From NCBI GenBank assembly GCA_964640635.1, contig CAZXFD010000002.1, positions 26,153 to 90,152 of the forward strand: a stretch of DNA of 64,000 nucleotides. The letters run 5' to 3'. Of this stretch, positions 27,894 to 36,199 are shown in pieces. The position numbers and the translations under genes are program-made. Under the pieces are notes generated by a model. It saw only the letters and a list, made by a program, of their open reading frames with translations. It did no database searches and had not been told where the DNA came from. Each line of letters begins with the position of its first letter. Within the stretch, counting starts at the first letter, position 1. This DNA is from an uncultured Gammaproteobacteria bacterium (GTDB lineage Bacteria > Patescibacteriota > Patescibacteriia > UBA1558 > S5-K13).

Positions 27894-29009
27894 TTATTTA
27901 TTTAAAGAGAGTACCATATTTTTTTCTTCATCACAGGACACGACAATGACTTTTAATCTATTAAAATGCTTATTACTCATTATCAAATCTCTTATATCAC
28001 TATTTCTCTCCCCTATTCCACCTGAGAAAACAACCGCATCAACATTATCTAACAATGTCATATATGAAGAAATATATCTTTGTATTCTATAAATAAACAT
28101 ATCCAAGGCTAATTTAGCCATTTTTTTGTTTTCTCTATTACCTATCACATTTGATTTGTATCCTGGAATTTTGTAAGCATTTAAAATCATAACATCACGA
28201 AGATCAGAAATTTGACTTATTCCTTTTATACCTGAATTAAAATTTAATTCATTGAAAATAGACTCAATATCATTTCCATATGATAATAAATATTTCACTA
28301 TAGAAGCGTCTATATCACCACATCGCGTCATCATCATAAGACCTGATAACGGAGAAAAACCAAGTGACGTATCAATAGCCTTGCCATTTTTTATAACTGA
28401 TATACTAGATCCCCCTCCCAAATGACAAGTTATGATATTTGTATTAGATATTTTTTTCTTTAATTCCTTAGATGCCTCAACAAGCATTCCTTGATGAGAA
28501 AACCCGTGAAAACCATATTTTCTTATTTCCTTATATTTATTTAAATATTTTTGAGATATAGGATAAGAGAAAACACGTTCTTCTAAATCACAAAAAAACA
28601 TTGTGTCAAATACTCCAATGTGTTTTGCCTTTTTCCAAATACCAATAGATGACTTTGCAACTGACAAATTAATAGGGTTGTGAAGTGGTGCTAAGTCATT
28701 ATATTTTGATATTTTAGAAATGATAGATGAATTCAATATAACTGGCTTTGTAAATTCTATTCCACCATGAACGATTCTATGAACTATTTTTTCTATATCT
28801 TCTTTTAGATTAATCTTCAAAAAATTATAAACAACGTCAAGCGCTTCTTTGTGTGATAAAATTTCTTGATTAGACAATAAACCATTTAAATTAATTATAG
28901 AATTATTACTTCCTATTTTTTCTATTAAGCCAAAATAAATCTGATTTAATTTTTTATCAAATAATTTAAACTTCAGTGATGTGCTCCCACTATTTAAAAC
29001 TAGTATCAT
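27894..29009 (-). CDS. ackA: Acetate kinase
   Basis: VLNSGSTSLKF, HRIVHGG, APLHN, YGFHGFSH, CHLGGG, TRCGDID, FSGGIGE. Confidence 0.95.
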   Translation of the reverse strand: MILVLNSGSTSLKFKLFDKKLNQIYFGLIEKIGSNNSIINLNGLLSNQEILSHKEALDVVYNFLKINLKEDIEKIVHRIVHGGIEFTKPVILNSSIISKISKYNDLAPLHNPINLSVAKSSIGIWKKAKHIGVFDTMFFCDLEERVFSYPISQKYLNKYKEIRKYGFHGFSHQGMLVEASKELKKKISNTNIITCHLGGGSSISVIKNGKAIDTSLGFSPLSGLMMMTRCGDIDASIVKYLLSYGNDIESIFNELNFNSGIKGISQISDLRDVMILNAYKIPGYKSNVIGNRENKKMAKLALDMFIYRIQRYISSYMTLLDNVDAVVFSGGIGERNSDIRDLIMSNKHFNRLKVIVVSCDEEKNMVLSLNK

Positions 29010-29036
29010 TTGTTTAGTATTTAGTGTTTAGTATTT

Positions 29037-29096
29037 TCCGCCAGCCAGCCCCGCTACGCGAAGCATGACCGGGGAGGCGGATCAGCCTTTGGCTGA
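29037..29096. repeat. 60-bp composite palindromic element, copy 1
   Basis: 58/60 identical to 39325-39384; inserted in a TTTAGTR heptamer array. Confidence 0.85.
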
Positions 29097-29129
29097 AGTG
29101 TTTAAAAATTACTTATTTACATTAAACTG

Positions 29130-29711
29130 TTAGTCGATTAAAATAATTCCTTGCTCTCCCTGAGATATTCCACAAGCATTTGCTTCATCTAAATCAATAT
29201 GTGCTCTTGAATTAAATTTTTCATCAACTCTTACTATAACATTATCAAATATAACTCCTCTTTCTCTGCCAACCTTCAATTTTACAATTGCCCTATGTTC
29301 TATTCCCAGGCTCTGAGCCTCTAGACTAGATATATGAATATGTCTCTTTGCAACTATGACACCACTTTCCAAATTAACCTCATCTATTGGGCCAACGACT
29401 TTTAATCCAGGAGTATCATCTATATCTCCAGAAACTCTTATTGGGGCCTTTATTCCTAGCTTAAAAACGTCTGACAACAATATTTCTATTTGTGTTTTTT
29501 CTCTCTCGGGCCCTATCATTCTAACATTTTCTATAGACCCGTTTGGTCCTATTAACTGGACTACTTCTTGTGCTGCAAAATCATCCCCTTGAGATAATTT
29601 CTTTTCGCTTTGAAGCTCATACCCCTCTCCAAATAATTTTTCAACTAATTCTCGACTAGGGTGTATGTGCCTATTTGAATACTCGACTTCAATATTAAAT
29701 TCTTTTGCCAT
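29130..29711 (-). CDS. pduL: PduL-type phosphate acyltransferase (phosphotransacylase)
   Basis: SNRHIH, GPER..TQIEI, RVSGD, VAKRHIH, HIDLDEANA. Confidence 0.92.
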   Translation of the reverse strand: MAKEFNIEVEYSNRHIHPSRELVEKLFGEGYELQSEKKLSQGDDFAAQEVVQLIGPNGSIENVRMIGPEREKTQIEILLSDVFKLGIKAPIRVSGDIDDTPGLKVVGPIDEVNLESGVIVAKRHIHISSLEAQSLGIEHRAIVKLKVGRERGVIFDNVIVRVDEKFNSRAHIDLDEANACGISQGEQGIILID

Positions 29712-29721
29712 ATTTTTATAG

Positions 29722-30705
29722 TTATATTTTAAATTTTATTAATTGTTTTTTGTTTAGAAGACCTACCTGTGCTCCGATTTTTGTAATTACATTACAACTT
29801 CTTATCATAGCCAATCTTAAACTTTTTTTGATATCATAATCTAGAATAAGTCCAGATACAAAACTTGAACCAAATGCATCTCCTGCTCCTGTTGTATTTA
29901 TACTTTTTACCTTTAGTATTTTTTCATGAATCACTTCTTTGCCATCATAGACATACGCACCCCTATGACCACATGTAATACTAACAATCTTAGGTCCCCA
30001 AGAATAAATAGCTTCTAACAGAATATCTATTTCGTTGACTTTTTTAGAGCTTGATCCACACAAAGCTCTTGCTTCTTCTATATTTATATTAAAAAATTCT
30101 ATTTGCTTTAAATATTTTTTAAAATATTTACTACCCTTTTCTAATTGTAAGACACCCGGATTCCATGCTACTTTTATTTTTTTCTTTTTTGCATACGACA
30201 AAATAGTTTTGATATTTTTTTCAACCAATGAATCTTTACCACTAAGGGACGCAATATAAAACCATTTTGTGTCGATACCTTTCAAGTCATATGGCGTAAT
30301 ATTTAAAACCGAATTAGCTCCACGATGTGTAAAAAGAACATGTTCATGATAATTTCCATAATTTACAATAAAAGAAAAACCAGAATGTATTCCGCTGAAA
30401 ATCTGTAAATTATCTGTATTGATATTATTTTTCTTAAGTTCTTTTACTATAGAGCTAGCAAACCAATCATCTCCCAAACTAATAAAAGATGCTGTTTTTA
30501 AACCCATCAAAGAAAAACTAACGGCCGTGTTCATTCCACCTCCGCCATATGTAAAACTCACATCTTCTGAAGAAATCTTTGAACCATATCGAAAAGCCAA
30601 AAACTCTTCTAGGTTTTTACCATGTTTTATAAGCTTAGCATCATCAGTATAATACATTATATCCTGCGTTGCTCCACCAAATGTTACAATGTCAAATTTA
30701 GGCAT
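29722..30705 (-). CDS. PfkB family carbohydrate kinase (likely start ATG 30705)
   Basis: GGGGMNTAVS, WNPG, NTTGAGDAFGS. Confidence 0.9.
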   Translation of the reverse strand: MPKFDIVTFGGATQDIMYYTDDAKLIKHGKNLEEFLAFRYGSKISSEDVSFTYGGGGMNTAVSFSLMGLKTASFISLGDDWFASSIVKELKKNNINTDNLQIFSGIHSGFSFIVNYGNYHEHVLFTHRGANSVLNITPYDLKGIDTKWFYIASLSGKDSLVEKNIKTILSYAKKKKIKVAWNPGVLQLEKGSKYFKKYLKQIEFFNINIEEARALCGSSSKKVNEIDILLEAIYSWGPKIVSITCGHRGAYVYDGKEVIHEKILKVKSINTTGAGDAFGSSFVSGLILDYDIKKSLRLAMIRSCNVITKIGAQVGLLNKKQLIKFKI

Positions 30706-30827
30706 AAATAATACAAAAAATGTTAATAAATTATTTATCAATACCTTATTATTATATCAAAAATTGAACAATAAATAAAACAAGTAAAATTGTCTTTACT
30801 TGTCTACATAATAAGCCTAAAATTGGG

Positions 30828-31331
30828 TCAATTCTTTAAAAACCACTGCATTGTATAACCATTTGGAGCGTCACTTACAAAGTCTTTTTTTGGACAAGAT
30901 CCAGAACCATGATTGCTGCTTTCTGTTTCAAAAGAAGATACTTGAAATATGGCAAAGCTTTCCTCACAACCATATTCTCCAGCATTAAACTTGTGATATC
31001 TATAATAATATTTATGATCATTTAATGGATCAAAAATAGGAGAATCAAAAATACCTTTTTCAAACAAATTATATAAAACAAATTTTGATTCGTTTTTTAG
31101 CTTATATCCATAGTCCCAAGCATCTAAACTAATATTATCTGGCAAAGCATTAAAATCTTGAACATACACACTTATAGCCATTTGTATAGTTGAAATATCT
31201 GTGCTTCTTCTAATATCTCTTATATGCTTCCATTGATTGGTCATATAAATACCCATAACAATAGACCAAAAAGCGATCATAAAAACTAAAAAAGTTGTAG
31301 TAAAAAATAAATTTATCTTTTTTTCTATCAT
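30828..31331 (-). CDS. Type IV pilin/T2SS-G-like protein with degenerate prepilin motif
   Basis: N-terminal hydrophobic helix, then RDIRRSTDISTIQMAISVY, DP, YYYRY and a Cys pair. Confidence 0.6.
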   Translation of the reverse strand: MIEKKINLFFTTTFLVFMIAFWSIVMGIYMTNQWKHIRDIRRSTDISTIQMAISVYVQDFNALPDNISLDAWDYGYKLKNESKFVLYNLFEKGIFDSPIFDPLNDHKYYYRYHKFNAGEYGCEESFAIFQVSSFETESSNHGSGSCPKKDFVSDAPNGYTMQWFLKN

Positions 31332-31395
31332 GGTATTATTATATCTAAATATATCTCTAAATACAAAACCTCCTCCATAAAAATATTACGATACG

Positions 31396-31430
31396 AAAAA
31401 AACACGGCTCATTGTTATGAACCGTGTTTT
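31396..31430 (-). terminator. rplY terminator
   Basis: Minus strand AAAACACGGTTCAT...ATGAGCCGTGTTTTTTT. Confidence 0.75.
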
Positions 31431-31460
31431 ATAAATACTGTTTTTTCTATAAGTGAATAA

Positions 31461-32105
31461 TTATTTTTTTTCTTCTGTCTTTTCTTCTGTCTTTTCTTCC
31501 TTAGGAGCTTCTGTGCTTACAAGAGTTTCTTCAACAACAACCTTTTCTTCTTCATAAGGAACTGCTGATGCAATTGCCTGATCTTCTGGATTTAATATCT
31601 TAATTCCCTTTGGAACCTTGATACTTGATACAAAAATAATATCGTTTATATTTTCAAGCATAGAAAGATCTATTTCTATTTCATGAAGCATGTCTTCTGG
31701 AAGACATTCAATTTCTATATGATCTATGTCTCTACTAAGAACAGCTCCAAGCTCTTTTACAGCCTTTGATTCCCCAATAAATTTCAAAGGAATTTCTGAC
31801 TTAAGTTTGTGTAACTTACTAAATTCATAAAAATCTGCATGTAAAATCTTATTTGTTCTTGGATCTCTAAAAACATCGTGAATAAAAACAGGAACTACTT
31901 TATCTTCTAAATTAATACTTATTATAGTATTTTCACCAGCATCAGAAAGTGATTTCAAAAAATCATGCATTTTGATCTTTATAGTCTTGGTTTCTTTCTG
32001 AGGTCCATATATAACTCCTGGCAAATATCCTTCTTCAATCAAATGTTTTGCCTTTTTATCTGTTTTAATGTCTCTTATTTCTGCTTTTAATGTTAGTTCT
32101 GTCAT
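31461..32105 (-). CDS. rplY: 50S ribosomal protein L25/Ctc (long form)
   Basis: LPGVIYG, ILHADFY, IPLKFIGESKAVK.G, IECLP. Confidence 0.93.
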   Translation of the reverse strand: MTELTLKAEIRDIKTDKKAKHLIEEGYLPGVIYGPQKETKTIKIKMHDFLKSLSDAGENTIISINLEDKVVPVFIHDVFRDPRTNKILHADFYEFSKLHKLKSEIPLKFIGESKAVKELGAVLSRDIDHIEIECLPEDMLHEIEIDLSMLENINDIIFVSSIKVPKGIKILNPEDQAIASAVPYEEEKVVVEETLVSTEAPKEEKTEEKTEEKK

Positions 32106-32109
32106 TGTA

Positions 32110-32178
32110 TTAGCTGTTAGCTATTAGCTTTTAGCTTTCAGGCCTGATGGCTGATTGCTGATGGCTGATTGCTGATTA
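32110..32178. repeat. Head-to-head heptamer arrays (TTAGCTN)4-TCAGGCCTGA-(TKGCTGA)4 in the rplY 5' UTR
   Basis: Read directly from the sequence. Confidence 0.8.
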
Positions 32179-32196
32179 ATAATTGTTAGTCATATC

Positions 32197-32225
32197 ATTG
32201 TAAAACAAGTTTGATTTTATGTCAA
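32197..32225 (-). promoter_or_regulatory. sigma70 promoter of rplY
   Basis: Minus strand TTGACA, 17 bp spacer, TACAAT. Confidence 0.7.
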
Positions 32226-32241
32226 GCTAAAATAAATCATT

Positions 32242-33342
32242 CTAAAATTTACCTGCCTTTATAGATACCCTTATTTTTTTCATCATTTCAAGATAAAATT
32301 CAATATTATTTAAGGTAGAAAGACGAAGAGCTAGTGGATCTTGAACTCTAAAAATATGATGTAAATAAGCCTTTGAATAAGTTCTTAATTCTTCTATTTT
32401 GGAGTTACTATTTATAGAGCTTTTGTCATTTGCAAATTTTGCATTGGTTATGTTTATTGTTTTATAAAAACCTTTGTTTAAATTATCATTCTTAAAAAAA
32501 TACATTCTTCCATGTCTTGCTTCGCGACTTGGTATAACGCAGTCAAACATATCAACTCCATTTTTTACAGCTTCAATAATATTTTCTGGATATCCTACTC
32601 CCATTAGATATCTTGGACTTTGTTGAGGAATTTCTTTTACTATGTGATTTAAAATTTCATACATTTCATCGTTGGTTTCTCCGACTGCAAGTCCTCCAAT
32701 TGCATAGCCATCAAAATCAATATCAACAAGTTCCCTAAGGCTTTTAGATCTCAATTCTTTATTTAATCCCCCCTGCACTATTCCAAAAAGAAGATTTTTG
32801 TTCTTTGGGTCTAATTTTTTCTTAGCAACTTTACATTTTTTTGCCCAAAGACTTGTTATCCTAAGCGCTTCTTCTAATTTCTTTTTATCTGATTTTGAGT
32901 CCAGACAAACATCTAATACCATCTGAATGTCTGAGTCCAGCACACTTTGAGTTTTCATAACCGACTCTGGTGTAAAAAAATGCTTTGAGCCATCATATGT
33001 TGACTGAAATTCTACACCACCCTCCATTAATTTCCTTATTTTTGAAAGAGAAAAAACCTGAAAACCACCTGAGTCTGTTAGCATTGGTTTTTTATAATTC
33101 ATAAAATTTCTAATTGATCCAAATTTTTTGATGATTTGAAGTCCTGGTCTTAGGTATAAATGATATGTATTTGCCAAAATAATTTCTGGATTTAATTTTT
33201 TTATATCCAAATAACTAAGAGATTTTATTACCCCTCGAGTAGCAATTGGCATAAAAACAGGCGTATGAATTTCGCCTGATTTTGTTTTGAGTATTCCAAG
33301 TCTTGCATTACTAATTTTTGATTTTTTTAAAATCTTGTACAT
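32242..33342 (-). CDS. tgt: tRNA-guanine transglycosylase
   Basis: TPVFMP, ANTYHL, TDSGGFQVFSL, GIVQGG, GGLAVGE, DMFDCV. Confidence 0.95.
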   Translation of the reverse strand: MYKILKKSKISNARLGILKTKSGEIHTPVFMPIATRGVIKSLSYLDIKKLNPEIILANTYHLYLRPGLQIIKKFGSIRNFMNYKKPMLTDSGGFQVFSLSKIRKLMEGGVEFQSTYDGSKHFFTPESVMKTQSVLDSDIQMVLDVCLDSKSDKKKLEEALRITSLWAKKCKVAKKKLDPKNKNLLFGIVQGGLNKELRSKSLRELVDIDFDGYAIGGLAVGETNDEMYEILNHIVKEIPQQSPRYLMGVGYPENIIEAVKNGVDMFDCVIPSREARHGRMYFFKNDNLNKGFYKTINITNAKFANDKSSINSNSKIEELRTYSKAYLHHIFRVQDPLALRLSTLNNIEFYLEMMKKIRVSIKAGKF

Positions 33343-33349
33343 ATTTAAT

Positions 33350-35362
33350 TTAATTTACAACTTTTCCTTTCGGAGAAGCTTTCTTGTCAGAAAAGCACTC
33401 TGTTGTTAATGGATTCTTTTTTATAATAACTGGGGAATTAGAAAACACGTCCGTTGCTGAAAAATAAATAATTGAGCTAAGTGGAGCGAATTTAGAAACA
33501 TCCCCCTTGCCAGGAGTAACCATCAAATTGAAGGTTATTGTATTGTCCTTATTCTTATCTGAACTAGAAACCTGCCAACTCAATTGTCTATTATTTTCAT
33601 CAAATTTTATATTTTGACCATCCTGTATACCAACACTTTCAAAATCAACATTTGCTGGGAGGGTTGTTTTTATCAATATATCTTTTATATTATTCAATTT
33701 CGAGTTAAATTTCCAAACAACTCTATAGCCTGTGAGTTCTCCAACCATTGGTGGAAGTGGTCCTGAACCAATCTGAGCGCCTGATTCATCATAATACCTA
33801 CAATCACTAAAAAAATCAATTGGCGTATTAATCTTACTACTTATTATATTTGATTGAACTTGAGATTCATCACCGCCATAATATAAAGAAGACATAGACT
33901 GAATTGTATAATTATTTTTATCTATAAAATCTGTTTTAAATCCCAAGATTTTTATCTTGAAGCTGAGTCTAGATTCTTGACCTGGCTTTATTTGAGCAAG
34001 CGATGCAACGGAGTTTTCGTCCCAAGTGATTGTTTTATTTTCTTTATCTATTACTGCATTATAATTATTAGAAACCAAATCAAAATCAACATATTGCGAA
34101 TCTATTTTAGTAACTATTCTGACATTATTCATAGCACTCTCTCCTGAATTTCTATAAATAACTTGATAACTCAACTCATCTCCAAAATTATACGCTTCAT
34201 CTGTAAATTTTTCATTTATAAGTGTTTTCAAATTAATTTTATTTGCAATAAGATTAATTTGTTTTTTAGCTTCTTTATAAGGAATCCAGGTAGAATTATC
34301 GCCATCACTAACTGATATTTCTTGAGCTAATGATTTTATCTCCAGTATCGCCTTTATGCTAGAAGAACTACTTAAATCAGAATTAAAAAATCCAGAAATT
34401 GTAATATTTTTTTCTTCATTACTTTTCAAGTTATCTATAAACCAAATATTATCTGATATCAATTTAGCATCGCCACCTGACTCTATTGCTATAAAATTAT
34501 CTCCATAATCTAATTTAATACGAAAATTATCAAGACTATTTTTGGAAATATTTTTATATTTTATTTTATATTCGACCTTATTATTACTTTGAACTTGCTC
34601 TGGGGCTTCTAATGAAAAATCTATTAGTGTGTCTGATATAGACACCTCCTTTGAAGCTTTGCTTTCTAAAATAGAACTAAAATTGGCAGGCTCATAATAA
34701 AGAACTGCATCTAATAAAAGTTTTTGATCCTTGTCTCCTATAAGCTGTGCGTACAAATCCACTTCTCCCGACTGACCTGGACGCAAATCTTTCAATTTCC
34801 AAACGTTCAAAGACAAGGTGCTTGCGCTTGGATCTGCTTTTATATAATTAAAACCACTTGGGTAGCTAATTCTAAGCTCTAGATTTTTTATTTTTATATT
34901 TTGTTTGTTGTAATATTTAATTTTATATTTTGCTTGAGTTCCCGAAACAAAGCTATCGTCAGATGTAATTTCTACAATAACCCCTTCACCCTCAACAGTT
35001 TTTGTATTATTAAAATAAACTATAGTAAAAAATATTCCTGCAAATATTGCCATAAAAATAAGAAAGGAAATAAGTTTCCCTTTGCTTTTTTTTGGTGTTT
35101 CAAAATTTTCAAGACTTGTCTTGTTTTTCCAAATATTATCTATATCTTCTGTAAAATTAACCCTGTCTTTATTGAAATCCCTTATATTTTCAGTCTTTTT
35201 TCTTATTGGAATACGGGGTTTTATATCATAATTTTTCCTTTGAGTTTTTTCAATTTTTACAACATTTACTCCTTCACTTAAATTTGGCTTAGCATCTCGA
35301 AGATTTAGTACGTGATCTTTTTTCAATCCATTAGATATTCCTTTGTTTTTTATTTCTATCAT
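33350..35362 (-). CDS. Membrane-anchored protein with tandem Ig-like (DUF11-like) domains
   Basis: One TM, repeated Y.I.Y.N motifs, GSGPLPP.VG..T.Y.V.W C-terminal motif. Confidence 0.7.
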   Translation of the reverse strand: MIEIKNKGISNGLKKDHVLNLRDAKPNLSEGVNVVKIEKTQRKNYDIKPRIPIRKKTENIRDFNKDRVNFTEDIDNIWKNKTSLENFETPKKSKGKLISFLIFMAIFAGIFFTIVYFNNTKTVEGEGVIVEITSDDSFVSGTQAKYKIKYYNKQNIKIKNLELRISYPSGFNYIKADPSASTLSLNVWKLKDLRPGQSGEVDLYAQLIGDKDQKLLLDAVLYYEPANFSSILESKASKEVSISDTLIDFSLEAPEQVQSNNKVEYKIKYKNISKNSLDNFRIKLDYGDNFIAIESGGDAKLISDNIWFIDNLKSNEEKNITISGFFNSDLSSSSSIKAILEIKSLAQEISVSDGDNSTWIPYKEAKKQINLIANKINLKTLINEKFTDEAYNFGDELSYQVIYRNSGESAMNNVRIVTKIDSQYVDFDLVSNNYNAVIDKENKTITWDENSVASLAQIKPGQESRLSFKIKILGFKTDFIDKNNYTIQSMSSLYYGGDESQVQSNIISSKINTPIDFFSDCRYYDESGAQIGSGPLPPMVGELTGYRVVWKFNSKLNNIKDILIKTTLPANVDFESVGIQDGQNIKFDENNRQLSWQVSSSDKNKDNTITFNLMVTPGKGDVSKFAPLSSIIYFSATDVFSNSPVIIKKNPLTTECFSDKKASPKGKVVN

Positions 35363-35422
35363 ATAATTTTTGTTTTTGTATATTTTGAAGATAATTTACA
35401 AATTATAATTATCCAATAAATT

Positions 35423-36058
35423 TTAACTAAAGCTATTTAATTTGTGTTCCAAAATAGATTCAAAATAATGTCTCAACCATTTTTTTATTAATATCAAATC
35501 ACTAGTCTCTATATCTAATTTTAGCATGAGCTCAATGTTTTTTAAATAGTCATTTTCTGCAAATACACTTAATTCATTTCCATATTTTTCTATACCAAAA
35601 AAATTATTTGGCATAAATCCAAAATGCTTTAAAATAGAAAAAAAATAAACTATTTGAAGTTTTAATTTATCTAACAAATCCTTGTGAGAAATAAAATCCT
35701 CCAAAAAAACTATAGTATCGTTGTATAAATCTGTCTCCTCTAAATCTTGTTTTAAAAAGCCCGTTAATATTTCTGATACTTGTGAAAAAAACTTGAAATC
35801 TACATTATCAAAAAAACTCGCGAAATAGCTCTTCACGGTTTTAACTTGAGCTATTTTATCAATGTCATTGCCATGGGCCAACATAAAAATACACAAATTA
35901 CCAGGTATTAAAAATCCAGATAATTTACTCTTGGCAGATGCCACGGATTTTCCTACAGCTACAACAAGGCCTCGCTCGAAAGAAAATATATGATAAAGTC
36001 TGTCTTCATTTCTAAACTTTTTGGCAGATAAAATAATTCCTTGAGTTATGTATTCCAT
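35423..36058 (-). CDS. recO: DNA repair protein RecO
   Basis: TQGIIL...EDRL..IFS.E.G...VGKSV...KSKL N-terminal OB fold. Confidence 0.8.
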   Translation of the reverse strand: MEYITQGIILSAKKFRNEDRLYHIFSFERGLVVAVGKSVASAKSKLSGFLIPGNLCIFMLAHGNDIDKIAQVKTVKSYFASFFDNVDFKFFSQVSEILTGFLKQDLEETDLYNDTIVFLEDFISHKDLLDKLKLQIVYFFSILKHFGFMPNNFFGIEKYGNELSVFAENDYLKNIELMLKLDIETSDLILIKKWLRHYFESILEHKLNSFS

Positions 36059-36064
36059 GGGGAT

Positions 36065-36193
36065 AATTAGGAAATTAGTAGGATTAGGAAATTAGGAAGT
36101 TAGCCCCGCCTCCATATAGTTTATAATTGTTGCGGGATCCCGCTTCGCGGGAGAAACTAGGAGATCAGGAGATTAGGAAAATTATGAGATTGA
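36065..36193. repeat. ATTAGGAA-type octamer array containing GC-rich palindrome GCGGGATCCCGCTTCGCGGGA (36132-36152)
   Basis: Read directly from the sequence. Confidence 0.75.
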
Positions 36194-36199
36194 AAAAGA

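Noticed and set aside
31369-31376. GGAGGAGG on the minus strand upstream of the pilin gene, complementary to the putative sRNA motif
   Set aside because: About 40 nt from the ATG and upstream of the probable promoter (TTGTAT-17-TATAAT), so probably not in the mRNA.
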